Origin: Candidatus Micrarchaeota archaeon
GTDB taxonomy: Archaea; B1Sed10-29; JAJSAI01
Assembly (NCBI GenBank): GCA_964625085.1
Contig: CAZVAJ010000003.1
Location: 953 to 64,952, forward strand
DNA: 64,000 nucleotides
Reading direction: 5' to 3'
Each line of letters begins with the position of its first letter. Within the stretch, counting starts at the first letter, position 1. The notes beneath the pieces are model-generated. The model saw nothing but the letters and a program-made list of their open reading frames with translations, did no database searches and was not told the origin of the DNA. The translations under genes were made by a program, and so were the position numbers. Below, piece by piece: positions 35,756 through 45,160 of this stretch.

Positions 35756-36079
35756 ATGCCTGCTAAAAAGAAAACAACAAAGAAACCTGCACAAAAGAGA
35801 AGCAGAAAAAAGAAGATCGAGTACCGGATAGAGAACATAGTTGCTTCAGCAAGTCTGAACGTGGAACTTGACTTGTACGCAATAGCAAGAGAGGTCCCTA
35901 ATGTAGAATATGAACCAGAACAGTTTCCTGGTGCAATACTAAAACTTAAAGAGCCAAGAATAACTCTTCTGCTTTTCAAGAACGGAAAACTCATATGCGC
36001 AGGAGCTAAAAGCGAGAAACAAGTTGAAGAAGCAATACACACTGCTTACAACATGGTCAAGCACTGCATAAAAAAATAA
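35756..36079 (+). CDS. Single-repeat TATA-box-binding-protein (TBP) domain protein with basic N-terminal tail
   Basis: RIENIVASASLNVELDLYAIA...NVEYEPEQFPGAILKLKEPRITLLLFKNGKLICAGAKSEKQVEEAI closely matches one TBP repeat (RIENIVAS, EYEPEQFPG, SGK-V-GAKS); only 107 aa, stop follows one repeat; no second repeat in flanking frames. Confidence 0.75.
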   Translation: MPAKKKTTKKPAQKRSRKKKIEYRIENIVASASLNVELDLYAIAREVPNVEYEPEQFPGAILKLKEPRITLLLFKNGKLICAGAKSEKQVEEAIHTAYNMVKHCIKK

Positions 36080-36084
36080 ACCCC

Positions 36085-36786
36085 TCATTCTTCATTTTCC
36101 GGCTCTTCTTGGTCAAGTTCTCTTACATCAATCCCTGTTTCTTTAGAGAGTTGTTCCATTGTTTCTAGCACAGGCACACTCTCTTCTGGCAGCTCTTCTT
36201 CTGCTTCTTCAGGAGCCTCTTGCTGTTCTTTGCCAACTCCTTCAAGAACCGTGTCGATATTCATTAGAAGTATCAATAACTCAAGCACAAGCGTGAGCTT
36301 CAACGGATCTTTCATGTAATGCTGCGCATAATACTTCAGTATCGTGACATACCTCCTGCTTATGTACCTGCCTTTATACTCTTTTAGCAGTTCCATGAGT
36401 TCTCTTTTTAGGATTCTTGGATCTTGTACTTCTTCAGGCACCTGAATATTCTGCACGCAAAACTGTGCGATCTGGTGCAAAACTTCAACAGGCATTGATA
36501 AAACAAGGTCTGGCTCGGGAAGCTTGTACATGTTTAGGTATAGATCTTTCTCAGGAAATTTACCGAACAGATCCATTGTAAACCTTCTGATTATCATGGC
36601 CCTTGCGCTGTAATGCGTCGCGTAATAACTGTCTTCGCCTTTTTTCAACGCCTCTTCCGCAATTTTATTATTCTGCTCATAGAAGTAACCCAACGCGAAG
36701 TAGATAAGTACACGTTTATCTGGCTCGCCGTACTTGAACTTGCTCTTGAACTTTTTGAACTTGCTCAAAAGATCTGTATCCATCAC
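36085..36786 (-). CDS. Hypothetical protein with acidic C-terminal tail
   Basis: 233 aa; no recognised motif. Confidence 0.4.
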   Translation of the reverse strand: MMDTDLLSKFKKFKSKFKYGEPDKRVLIYFALGYFYEQNNKIAEEALKKGEDSYYATHYSARAMIIRRFTMDLFGKFPEKDLYLNMYKLPEPDLVLSMPVEVLHQIAQFCVQNIQVPEEVQDPRILKRELMELLKEYKGRYISRRYVTILKYYAQHYMKDPLKLTLVLELLILLMNIDTVLEGVGKEQQEAPEEAEEELPEESVPVLETMEQLSKETGIDVRELDQEEPENEE

Positions 36787-36806
36787 TCCAGAAAAGGAGG
36801 CTTAGA

Positions 36807-37635
36807 TTATAAAACCTTTTGCATGCGCTCTTCAGCTTCTGTTCTGTTAAAACCTGAAAGGGGAACAAACACCGGAAAACCTTTTCCAAAGTACTTGAAT
36901 GACTCTTCCAACTCAGTTTTCATGTAAGGGAGGATTAGGGCAAGAGCTTTTTCTAGTTCTGCAGCTTCGAAAAGCTCTTTGTCAGGATACCAATTTATTT
37001 TCTTTCCAGATGCCCATTTTTTCAGCATACTAGGCCGTTCTTTTCCGACAAGCGAAATTTCCAGCCCCCTTCTCATCACCATCCAAGCGGCAAGCAGTCC
37101 AAAATCATCCTCCGCAAGGGCCACTGCTTTTGCTCCTGCAGTCCCGTAAGGCAATCCCCCTGGCCCTTTGAATGTTTCAGAAAATAGGTATGCTTTTCCT
37201 TTGAATATTTCTATGCCCACCTGCTGTTCCGGATTCTTCAGCCTGACCTTCAGCCCTAATTCTTTCACAATCCTTTCTCCAACCAGTTCGTTAACCTGCT
37301 GTGAAGTAAGGTTAAACGTCTTATCAAGCCTTTGGGTCCTAACCGCAAAAGTTTTCCCAGGCTCACACAGCTTGACTGCTTCTTCTGCAATCTTATCAAT
37401 ATTTAGGTCCAGTTCAACTGCAGGGGAATAGGAAGATACCCCAAAAACCTTGGACAGTTTATCCAATGCTACTTTTTCATCCCCTCTAACAATTATCCTC
37501 CAGTACTTGTTACTGATCTTGTGATTTGGGAGAACCCGCTGGATGTTAGAAGCAAGAACCTTTATGAAACGCCCTCGCGTTGGCTCTGCCTTGGTATAAA
37601 TTTCTGAGTGTCTTACGAGTATAATAACACACCAT
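36807..37635 (-). pseudogene. thiI: ThiI-like tRNA-modification gene fragment (N-terminal ferredoxin-like + THUMP), 5' frameshift and degenerate PP-loop; probable pseudogene or split-gene partner
   Basis: Track ORF 36807-37466 starts at TTG; in-frame upstream 75 codons (no ATG/GTG/TTG) encode VIILVRHSEIYTK...RFIKVLASNIQRVL matching ThiI N-terminus (MKFIIKLFPEITIK...RFIKILTGNIRNVL); an ATG GTG at 37635-37630 is +1 out of frame (extra T at 37629). PP-loop position reads ALAEDDFG instead of SGGxDS; protein ends ~85 aa later. Confidence 0.5.
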
Positions 37636-37717
37636 CCCCTTGTATCACGTGTACATTCTAATTGTACTATTACTACGTATAAAAATGATTATAAAGGAAT
37701 AAAACGGAGTTCATACG

Positions 37718-38875
37718 GTGAAAGAGAAGATGCCCGCCACTATTGACAGAAACCTACTCCCTGTTGAAGAAAGGTTAAAGATATTAGAACTAGAAAACAG
37801 AATGCTTCAACAGGAAACTGAAACGCTCCAAAAACAGCTTCTTGCAGCTCAAAATGAGCTTAATAAAATGAAAAAAAATCCTCTGATTATCGCAACAGTA
37901 CAGGAGAAGGTTGGAAAAGACCAGGCTGTAGTAAAAAGCCCCACAGGCATGCTGATCCTGATAGACGCGCCAGAGGATGTAAAACCAGGGGAGAGAGTAA
38001 AACTAAACCAGCACACTCTCTCGTTCATAGGAAAACTTCCTCCTGAAAAAACTGCGTTTGTTGCAGGAACAGAAGTAATAGAAAAGCCCAAAGTCAGCTT
38101 TGAAGATATAGGAGGGCTTGAAGAACAGATACAAGAAATACAGGAAGCAGTAGAACTTCCCCTGCTCAAGCCAGAATTGTTCAACAAGGTGGGCATAACC
38201 CCTCCAAAGGGTGTGTTGCTTTATGGACCGCCGGGGTGCGGAAAAACAATGCTGGTCAAAGCTATTGCAAAAGAGACTAATTCAACATTCATAAGACTCG
38301 TCGGCTCAGAGATGGTGAAAAAGTTCATAGGGGAAGGAGCAAAACTTGTCAAAGAAGTATTCGAGCTAGCGAAAGAAAAGGCCCCAAGCATTCTTTTCAT
38401 TGACGAGATTGATGCAGTTGCGGCCAAACGGCTTGACGAAACCACCGGAGGAGACAGAGAAGTAAACAGAACACTAATGCAACTGCTTTCAGAACTGGAT
38501 GGGTTTAACGAGCTTGAAAACGTGAAGATAATAGGAGCCACCAACAGAATGGACATACTTGACCCTGCTTTGATACGCCCTGGCAGGTTTGACAGGCTTA
38601 TTGAAATACCCGCGCCCAACAAAAAAGCAAGAGGAGAGATATTCAAAATACACATAAAGAACATGAATGTCTCCAAAGTAGACGTAAAATGGCTCGCGGA
38701 ACAATCAGAAGGAGCAATAGGCGCTGAAATAAAAGCGATATGCACTGAAGCAGGAATGTTTGCAATAAGAGAAGGCCAAGACACTGTAACAAAAAAACAC
38801 TTCAAAATGGCCTTGGATAAGGTGCTCGGGCCAGTGGTTGAAGTCGGAGGCGAAGAAAAAAGAAGCTACATGTAA
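37718..38875 (+). CDS. pan: Proteasome-activating nucleotidase PAN (AAA+ ATPase)
   Basis: N-terminal coiled coil, OB domain, Walker A GPPGCGKT, Walker B ILFIDEID, second region of homology. Confidence 0.92.
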   Translation: MKEKMPATIDRNLLPVEERLKILELENRMLQQETETLQKQLLAAQNELNKMKKNPLIIATVQEKVGKDQAVVKSPTGMLILIDAPEDVKPGERVKLNQHTLSFIGKLPPEKTAFVAGTEVIEKPKVSFEDIGGLEEQIQEIQEAVELPLLKPELFNKVGITPPKGVLLYGPPGCGKTMLVKAIAKETNSTFIRLVGSEMVKKFIGEGAKLVKEVFELAKEKAPSILFIDEIDAVAAKRLDETTGGDREVNRTLMQLLSELDGFNELENVKIIGATNRMDILDPALIRPGRFDRLIEIPAPNKKARGEIFKIHIKNMNVSKVDVKWLAEQSEGAIGAEIKAICTEAGMFAIREGQDTVTKKHFKMALDKVLGPVVEVGGEEKRSYM

Positions 38876-38901
38876 TCCTTACAAGATGAGCTCCTTCAAG
38901 A

Positions 38902-39219
38902 TCATTTTTTCCTTTTCTTAGGACCCTTTTTATATAACTCTAACATCTTTTTTTCTCGTTCTGAAAAACCACTTTCTATAACGTCTCTTCTGGACAACTT
39001 AGCCAAAAATAGAGAAACACCACCATACTCCCTATCAATCACACTCCTCACATACTTAGGGGTCACATCATACCCTTTGTTCCGCATCCTTTCAACAAGC
39101 TCTTCAATAAGAACCCTAGAGGTCTCTCTATCCACGCGCACACTCGGTTCATGCCCCCGGATAAGCTTCTTAGCAAGCTCCTCACGCAGAGTTTTTAGAC
39201 GTGAATTTTTTATGGGCAT
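38902..39219 (-). CDS. Small basic hypothetical protein
   Basis: 105 aa ORF. Confidence 0.35.
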   Translation of the reverse strand: MPIKNSRLKTLREELAKKLIRGHEPSVRVDRETSRVLIEELVERMRNKGYDVTPKYVRSVIDREYGGVSLFLAKLSRRDVIESGFSEREKKMLELYKKGPKKRKK

Positions 39220-39252
39220 AATAATAAAAGGACTAGGAGGATATTAAAAGAT

Positions 39253-42003
39253 TTGTCTGTAAAGGATGATAAAATGAACCCACTAAAAGCAAAGATCAAG
39301 AAGCTGGCTGACCAGAATCCTGAAAAGTTCTATCCCGTGAGCGTGATCAAAGAACTTGGGTACGAAAGGCACCAATGTAAAAAGTGCGGCACTTTCTTCT
39401 GGTCCCAAGAGGTCTCTGACGTCTGCGGAGAACCAGAATGCTCTGGAGGATACAAGTTCGTGGGAAACCCTGTCGGGAAAGAGATGGATTTCATTCAAGG
39501 CTGGTCATGGTTCCGTGACCACATGGCCAAGAGAGGATACACCCCAATCAAGAGATATCCTCTGGCCGCGAGGTGGAGGGACGACACCGACTTCGTGCAG
39601 GCCAGCATCTACGACTTCCAGCCGCACGTGGTCACAGGAGAAGCAGACCCTCCAGCCAACCCACTAGTAGTCCCACAGTACTGCGCAAGGTTCAACGAAA
39701 TAGAGAATATAGGGATAACTGGCAGGCACAAAACAGGGTTTGTGATGATAGGCCAGCACGCGTTCAAATCCCTCTCTGAATTCGAGCAGGAAAAGTACTT
39801 CAAGGACTATCATGACTGGTTCACGCTCACTGCAGGAATACCTAAAGAAGAACTCAAGATTCATGAGAGTCAGTGGGCAGGAGGAGGCAATGCTGGCACG
39901 AGCATGGAATTCTTCGCAAAGGGCCTGGAACTAGGGAACCAAGTGTACATGACGTACGAGGTGAAAGGAGAAGACGAGCTTGTTCCCCTCTCCTTAAAAG
40001 TACTGGACATGGGTATGGGACAAGCCAGGACCCCGTGGCTCACTCAAGGATCCTCAAACATCTTCGAAGTAAGTTATCCTGACGTGTGCCAGAAACTGTA
40101 CCAAAAAACAGGAGTAAGACCAACGGGCTTGTACGAGAAGTTCATCCCTTACGGAAGTATTCTCGACGTGGACTCTGACGTGGAGCTTGAAAAAGCGTGG
40201 CAGGAGATTGCTAACAAGCTGGGAGAAGATGTGAAAACACTGAAAGGAGAAGTGCTGCCCGTTGCAGCAATGTTCTCAATAGCAGATCACACTCAGACCC
40301 TGCTTGTGGCGTTGAATGATGGAGTACTGCCCAGCAATGCAGGAGGGGGTTACAACCTAAGAGTCATACTCAGAAGAGCCCTTGGATTCATCCACAGGTA
40401 TGGGTGGAACCTGAACCTGCCTGAAGTATGCTACTGGCATGCAGAATACCTTAAACCACAATACCCAGAACTAATGGAAAACCTCGAAGAGGTTGCAGAA
40501 ATATTGGAGCACGAGGAAAAGAAGTACAAAGCAAGCAGGGAAAAAGCAAGTCGGAAGGTAGAAACACTGCTCAAGATAAAAGGAGATTTTTCCTTTAATG
40601 ACCTCAGGAAACTGTACGAGTCAGACGGGATAACTCCTGAAATGCTAAAAGAAGCTGCAGAAAGGCAGAACAAGGGTATTAGGATACCGGATGACTTCTA
40701 CCTCAAGCTCGAGGAAGTCAGAGAAAAAGAGAAAAAAGAAGAGACCAAACAGAGATCCCACTATCCTGTAGAAGGGATTCCTCCAACTGAAAAACTGTTC
40801 TATGAACCAATAAAAGAATTTGACGCGAGAGTACTCAAAACATTTGAACAGGATGGCAGGCACTTTGTTGTCCTTGACAAAACCGCGTTCTACGCGGTGG
40901 GAGGAGGACAAGACTGCGATCACGGAACACTAAACAACATTCGCGTCTTCCACGTGCTAAAGCAAGGAGAGGTTATAATACATGAAACAGAAAAACCAGT
41001 AGCCAGTGAGACTGTGCACGGCATTGTAGACTGGAAGCGGAGAATGCAGCTCACCAAAAACCACACTGCCACTCACATAATAAACGGGGCTGCCAGACAA
41101 TTACTGGGAAGCCACGTGTGGCAAGCAGGAGCTGAAAAAACAGTTGAAAAAGCAAGGCTTGACATAACCCACTATGAACAACTTTCAGAGGAACAAGTAC
41201 AAAAGATACAGGAAATAGCGAATCAAGTAGTAAATGAAAGCAGGCCTGTGATCAAAACATGGATGCCTAGAACCAAAGCTGAACAGGCGTATGGGTTCAG
41301 GCTGTACCAGGGGGGAGCAGTACCTGGAAAAACTATCAGGGTCGTGGAAGTAAAAGATTTTGATGTTGAGGCATGCGCTGGGACTCATTTGGATAACACG
41401 AAAGAAGCAGAGGAGATACTTATCCTGCGGACCAAAAAGATCCAGGACGGTATCGTCAGGATAGAGTTCGTGGCAGGACACGAAGTTGTCGAAAAGGAAA
41501 AGCAGAAGAAGAGGAAAGAAAAAGAAAAGAGGAAAGATGCGCTTCTTAAGCGAGCTGTAAAGCTCACGAATGAGATATTTAAGCTGGGCGGAAAACTGCC
41601 TGAAGAAAATTTGCGGAAGCTGCAGGCAGAGGAGATACTTGAAAAGATAAAAGAACTTGAAAAACAGCTTGTAAGACTCAAGGAAGAAAAAACCCTGAAA
41701 ACAGAATATGACTATCCAGTAGTACAAGTAAACGAACCAGACATGAAAGTTCTTGAAAAAATTGGCGGAAAACTTTTACAGAAATTCGGATACGGAGTGG
41801 TCATAGGGCCAGGGGTTGTCTTCGGCGTAAAAACCCCTGAATCCCAAGCAAGAGTGGAAGAAGCCGTCAAAAAAGCAGCAGAAGTAATGGACGGAAAAGC
41901 AGGGGGAAAAGGCAACGAATGGAAAGGAGGAGGCCCTGAAAAAGAGAAATTTAAAGAAGCTGCAGAAATCGTGAAAAGGTTTATAATGCCTGAAAACAAT
42001 TAA
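39253..42003 (+). CDS. alaS: Alanyl-tRNA synthetase
   Basis: 916 aa; archaeal N-terminal Zn segment HQCKKCGTFFWS; editing-domain motifs HTATHIINGAARQLLGSHVWQAG, CAGTH; C-terminal C-Ala domain. Confidence 0.92.
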   Translation: MSVKDDKMNPLKAKIKKLADQNPEKFYPVSVIKELGYERHQCKKCGTFFWSQEVSDVCGEPECSGGYKFVGNPVGKEMDFIQGWSWFRDHMAKRGYTPIKRYPLAARWRDDTDFVQASIYDFQPHVVTGEADPPANPLVVPQYCARFNEIENIGITGRHKTGFVMIGQHAFKSLSEFEQEKYFKDYHDWFTLTAGIPKEELKIHESQWAGGGNAGTSMEFFAKGLELGNQVYMTYEVKGEDELVPLSLKVLDMGMGQARTPWLTQGSSNIFEVSYPDVCQKLYQKTGVRPTGLYEKFIPYGSILDVDSDVELEKAWQEIANKLGEDVKTLKGEVLPVAAMFSIADHTQTLLVALNDGVLPSNAGGGYNLRVILRRALGFIHRYGWNLNLPEVCYWHAEYLKPQYPELMENLEEVAEILEHEEKKYKASREKASRKVETLLKIKGDFSFNDLRKLYESDGITPEMLKEAAERQNKGIRIPDDFYLKLEEVREKEKKEETKQRSHYPVEGIPPTEKLFYEPIKEFDARVLKTFEQDGRHFVVLDKTAFYAVGGGQDCDHGTLNNIRVFHVLKQGEVIIHETEKPVASETVHGIVDWKRRMQLTKNHTATHIINGAARQLLGSHVWQAGAEKTVEKARLDITHYEQLSEEQVQKIQEIANQVVNESRPVIKTWMPRTKAEQAYGFRLYQGGAVPGKTIRVVEVKDFDVEACAGTHLDNTKEAEEILILRTKKIQDGIVRIEFVAGHEVVEKEKQKKRKEKEKRKDALLKRAVKLTNEIFKLGGKLPEENLRKLQAEEILEKIKELEKQLVRLKEEKTLKTEYDYPVVQVNEPDMKVLEKIGGKLLQKFGYGVVIGPGVVFGVKTPESQARVEEAVKKAAEVMDGKAGGKGNEWKGGGPEKEKFKEAAEIVKRFIMPENN

Positions 42004-42010
42004 TCTTTTA

Positions 42011-43051
42011 ATGGGATTGTTCAACAGGTTTAGGAAAAAAATGCAAAAAGCACTGCCAGGATACCAAGGTTCCAAGATCTGGCAAGCGCAAAAAAGCTTG
42101 GAGAGATCAGAGCCTGTAAAAAAAGCCAGAACTGTTTTTGAAGAAGGTAGAAAAAAAAAACTTGCAGATGAAAAAAGCGTTTATTCCAAATGGATAAAGT
42201 ACAGAAACGAAAGGATAAAACAAATAGAATCAGGGGAACTGCCTCCAGACATCTACGTAAAGGGAGTGGCAATAGGCGCGCTTGAGTTCCTAAAACAAGC
42301 GGAAGTTGGAGGAGAAGCCCAAAAGTACATTAACGGAGCAATGCTTGCATTACAAGCTTATCTTGCCTATTCTGCTGCAAAAGACTACGTAAAAGCAGAG
42401 AGGGCCAGAAAAAAACTGCAAGAGAATCTTGCTAATGTTAGAAGGGAACAGGAAAGAAAACTGGAAGAATACCGAAAAGCTATTGAGATAGCAGAAGAGG
42501 AAGCAAGAAGAGGGCTCCCCAACAGACCCGCGTATGCAATAGAACGCCTGCCGGGAGGAGGATACATTATCAAAGACGAGAAAAATGCCGTAATGAAGTA
42601 CCTAGCGACACTTGATGCGTACGGTGCAACACTCGTTCCCGAGCTGGAAAAGAAAGAAGAAGCAGACACAGTAGAAAAGAAGAAATTCAAAAAAATAAGA
42701 CGCAAGAAACTGAAGAGAAAAATGACTGAAGAAGAACGTATTATGAACCTTGTAGTCAAAAAAGCACCCCACTATGCCAAAGAAGTAGTAGGAGTAATGA
42801 AATACATAACTAACAATAGAGAGAAGTACCCAAAAGAAACAGTAGCCGCTGCGGAGAAAGTGTTAAAAGTAGCGAACTTGTTCGGCATAAAATCTGAGGA
42901 AATTGCCCCCTCTGAAATCTTCTCAAGATCTCTACAGTACTCGGGGTCACTAAAACCTGCGGCCTCAATCCCTCAGGTGGTTGAAAGCCCGGTTTCAAGA
43001 CTAATCCTAAGAACCCTAGGTGAACGGGGAAGAAAAAAACGGGCTCGCTGA
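42011..43051 (+). CDS. Hypothetical protein (346 aa)
   Basis: Complete ORF, charged helical; no family recognised. Confidence 0.4.
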   Translation: MGLFNRFRKKMQKALPGYQGSKIWQAQKSLERSEPVKKARTVFEEGRKKKLADEKSVYSKWIKYRNERIKQIESGELPPDIYVKGVAIGALEFLKQAEVGGEAQKYINGAMLALQAYLAYSAAKDYVKAERARKKLQENLANVRREQERKLEEYRKAIEIAEEEARRGLPNRPAYAIERLPGGGYIIKDEKNAVMKYLATLDAYGATLVPELEKKEEADTVEKKKFKKIRRKKLKRKMTEEERIMNLVVKKAPHYAKEVVGVMKYITNNREKYPKETVAAAEKVLKVANLFGIKSEEIAPSEIFSRSLQYSGSLKPAASIPQVVESPVSRLILRTLGERGRKKRAR

Positions 43052-43090
43052 AAGACAAGTTTTAAAACCCCCAATATCCTTGTTTCATTC

Positions 43091-44431
43091 ATGAGAAAGG
43101 GGATTATTCTTCTGGCACTCACAATACTCTTAGCACAAGCTGTTTCAGAAGTGAACCTAAACAAAGCGTACGAAACTGCAGCTGGATTCCAAAAAAACCA
43201 GGCCATAGAAAGCTTGGACAGCAAACCACAAAATCAAAAGGCATACTATAAGTCAACATCCTACTGGGTAATAGAAATAGTATCACAAGGTGAAATTGTC
43301 ACACTAGTACCAATAGACGCAGAAACAGGAGAAGTAGAACTTGATGAGTCTAAGGCCAAAGAAGTGATGAAAGTTCACTGGACAGCGCACTACTTTGCGA
43401 CAGATTCTAGTCTAACAGACTACCTGGAAAACGAGAAGGACAAAGCACTTGGAATTCAAGGAGATATAAGCGCAAAAGAAGACCAGCTTGATCTGATAAA
43501 CCTGCCTGAAGGCGTCACGCTATCAAGCCTCTCTGAGTTCGAAAATGCACTTTCAAAAGCAAAAGCAGACGCTAAATCCGTGCAATTAGCTGCAGTGAAC
43601 GCAAAGTTGTACATCTCTCCTGACAGCATACAAAGGGCAGAGGACATACAAAATGCAAAGTCAGCTATTTCAAACTACTTCTCAAAGCAGAAGACCCTGC
43701 ACTCTTCTTTAAGAAACCTGATAAGCAAAGCAGACAAGCTAAGATCAGAAGCAAGTGAAAAGAGTGAAGAACTTGGAGATACTGCGAGCGTGCTCGTTGG
43801 CTTAACACACTTTACAACTTTCAGTGAAGTCCAGGTATCCGCGTGGGAGACGGATCTGATAGAGTCTCAGTCTGCCATTAACAAATTTTTTGACGGTATA
43901 GACAGCAAAATCGACGTGTATTATTCTGAACTTTTAGACAGATTACCAAACGACGAATGCAAGGAGATAATGGTAAAGTACAATGAGTACACAACTCAAC
44001 GCAATCAGATAATAGAAAACTGCACGTTCTGCAGCACTCTTACAGAACTTGATGAACTTGACAATCTCCTAACACAACTAAAAAATGACTATAACAGCTG
44101 CAACTTAACTTCCGCCAGAAAAAAATACACCCGAATAGAAGAACTCATCTCAAAAATAAATGACACTGTAAATAATCCCCCAGAGTGCACACCCGGTGAA
44201 ACAAGAGCCTGTGGAAAGAATGGAATCCAGAAGTGCGTGAATGGAAAATGGGGTGACTGCGTGGAAACAACCCCTGGTCCCAGCGGGATCAGCATAAATT
44301 GGCCTCTTGTCGGAAGTATTTTATTATTAGTATTTGCATTGTTAGTATACAAGTTCAGAGACAAATTACTTGGAGGAGGCGAAGGTGAAAAAGAAGCTAG
44401 CAGTCCTTATTATGATATGTATGGCAAGTAG
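43091..44431 (+). CDS. Secreted, C-terminally membrane-anchored Cys-rich surface protein
   Basis: Signal peptide MRKGIILLALTILLAQA; C-terminal Cys cluster CTPGETRACGKNGIQKCVNGKWGDC then TM WPLVGSILLLVFALLV. Confidence 0.5.
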   Translation: MRKGIILLALTILLAQAVSEVNLNKAYETAAGFQKNQAIESLDSKPQNQKAYYKSTSYWVIEIVSQGEIVTLVPIDAETGEVELDESKAKEVMKVHWTAHYFATDSSLTDYLENEKDKALGIQGDISAKEDQLDLINLPEGVTLSSLSEFENALSKAKADAKSVQLAAVNAKLYISPDSIQRAEDIQNAKSAISNYFSKQKTLHSSLRNLISKADKLRSEASEKSEELGDTASVLVGLTHFTTFSEVQVSAWETDLIESQSAINKFFDGIDSKIDVYYSELLDRLPNDECKEIMVKYNEYTTQRNQIIENCTFCSTLTELDELDNLLTQLKNDYNSCNLTSARKKYTRIEELISKINDTVNNPPECTPGETRACGKNGIQKCVNGKWGDCVETTPGPSGISINWPLVGSILLLVFALLVYKFRDKLLGGGEGEKEASSPYYDMYGK

Positions 44432-45155
44432 TCTTGCTGAAGTAGAAGCAAGCTTGAGTTTGAGCAAGGGAATTGCATACACTGGCGAGGATGCAAGGGT
44501 GTACGTTACGCTAACCAACCCAAGCCACCTGGCTGAAAGAGACATTACACTGACCCTACTGCTCCCCGAAGAGATTGGGGGAAACAGAGAGAGGAACATT
44601 TCGGTAATCGGGTTCCAAGACAGCGTAACAGAAGAGTTCAAAGTACCTATCCCTTCTGACACTGTTCCAGGATATTATCCTGTCAACGTGAAAGTAGCCT
44701 ACTCTGATAAAGAGTACACCCTGAGAGACGCAAAAATGCTAAGAGTGTTAAAATTTCCTCTGAAGATGGACACCTCGCTCGAACCAGAATCAGTATCCAG
44801 CAAAGCAAACACTACTCTCAAGATAACACTACAGAACATAGGGACAACCGACCTAGAAAACGTAAGCATAAAAATAAGCGCAGACCAGTTTGTTGGCATC
44901 AAGCGTAAAGAGATCCCTGTAAATGTTCTTCTTACAGGACAAGAAAACTCCATAGAACTTGAGATAACAGCCCCTTCTACCCCTGGAGAGTACATGATAA
45001 CAGTATATGTTGAGTTTGATGACATAACCGGACACCACATAGTGTACAAAACCGTAAAACTCAGCGTATCAAAGGGATTTGACATATTCACTGTCATAGT
45101 TGCAGTTATCCTTGCAGCTGCCTTAATCTTGTTATACAAACGTTTTAGGGGATGA
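44370..45155 (+). CDS. Secreted beta-sandwich (CARDB-like) surface protein with C-terminal TM anchor
   Basis: Signal peptide KKKLAVLIMICMASSLA; C-terminal TM FTVIVAVILAAALILLY; start uncertain (overlaps upstream ORF). Confidence 0.5.
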   Translation: MEEAKVKKKLAVLIMICMASSLAEVEASLSLSKGIAYTGEDARVYVTLTNPSHLAERDITLTLLLPEEIGGNRERNISVIGFQDSVTEEFKVPIPSDTVPGYYPVNVKVAYSDKEYTLRDAKMLRVLKFPLKMDTSLEPESVSSKANTTLKITLQNIGTTDLENVSIKISADQFVGIKRKEIPVNVLLTGQENSIELEITAPSTPGEYMITVYVEFDDITGHHIVYKTVKLSVSKGFDIFTVIVAVILAAALILLYKRFRG

Positions 45156-45160
45156 ACTAA

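Noticed and set aside
37467-37717. Possible structured ncRNA (SRP/RNase P RNA) in larger intergenic gaps
   Set aside because: Gaps are <260 bp, and the largest is explained by the ThiI-like 5' region and the PAN promoter. No conserved RNase P or SRP motifs were seen.
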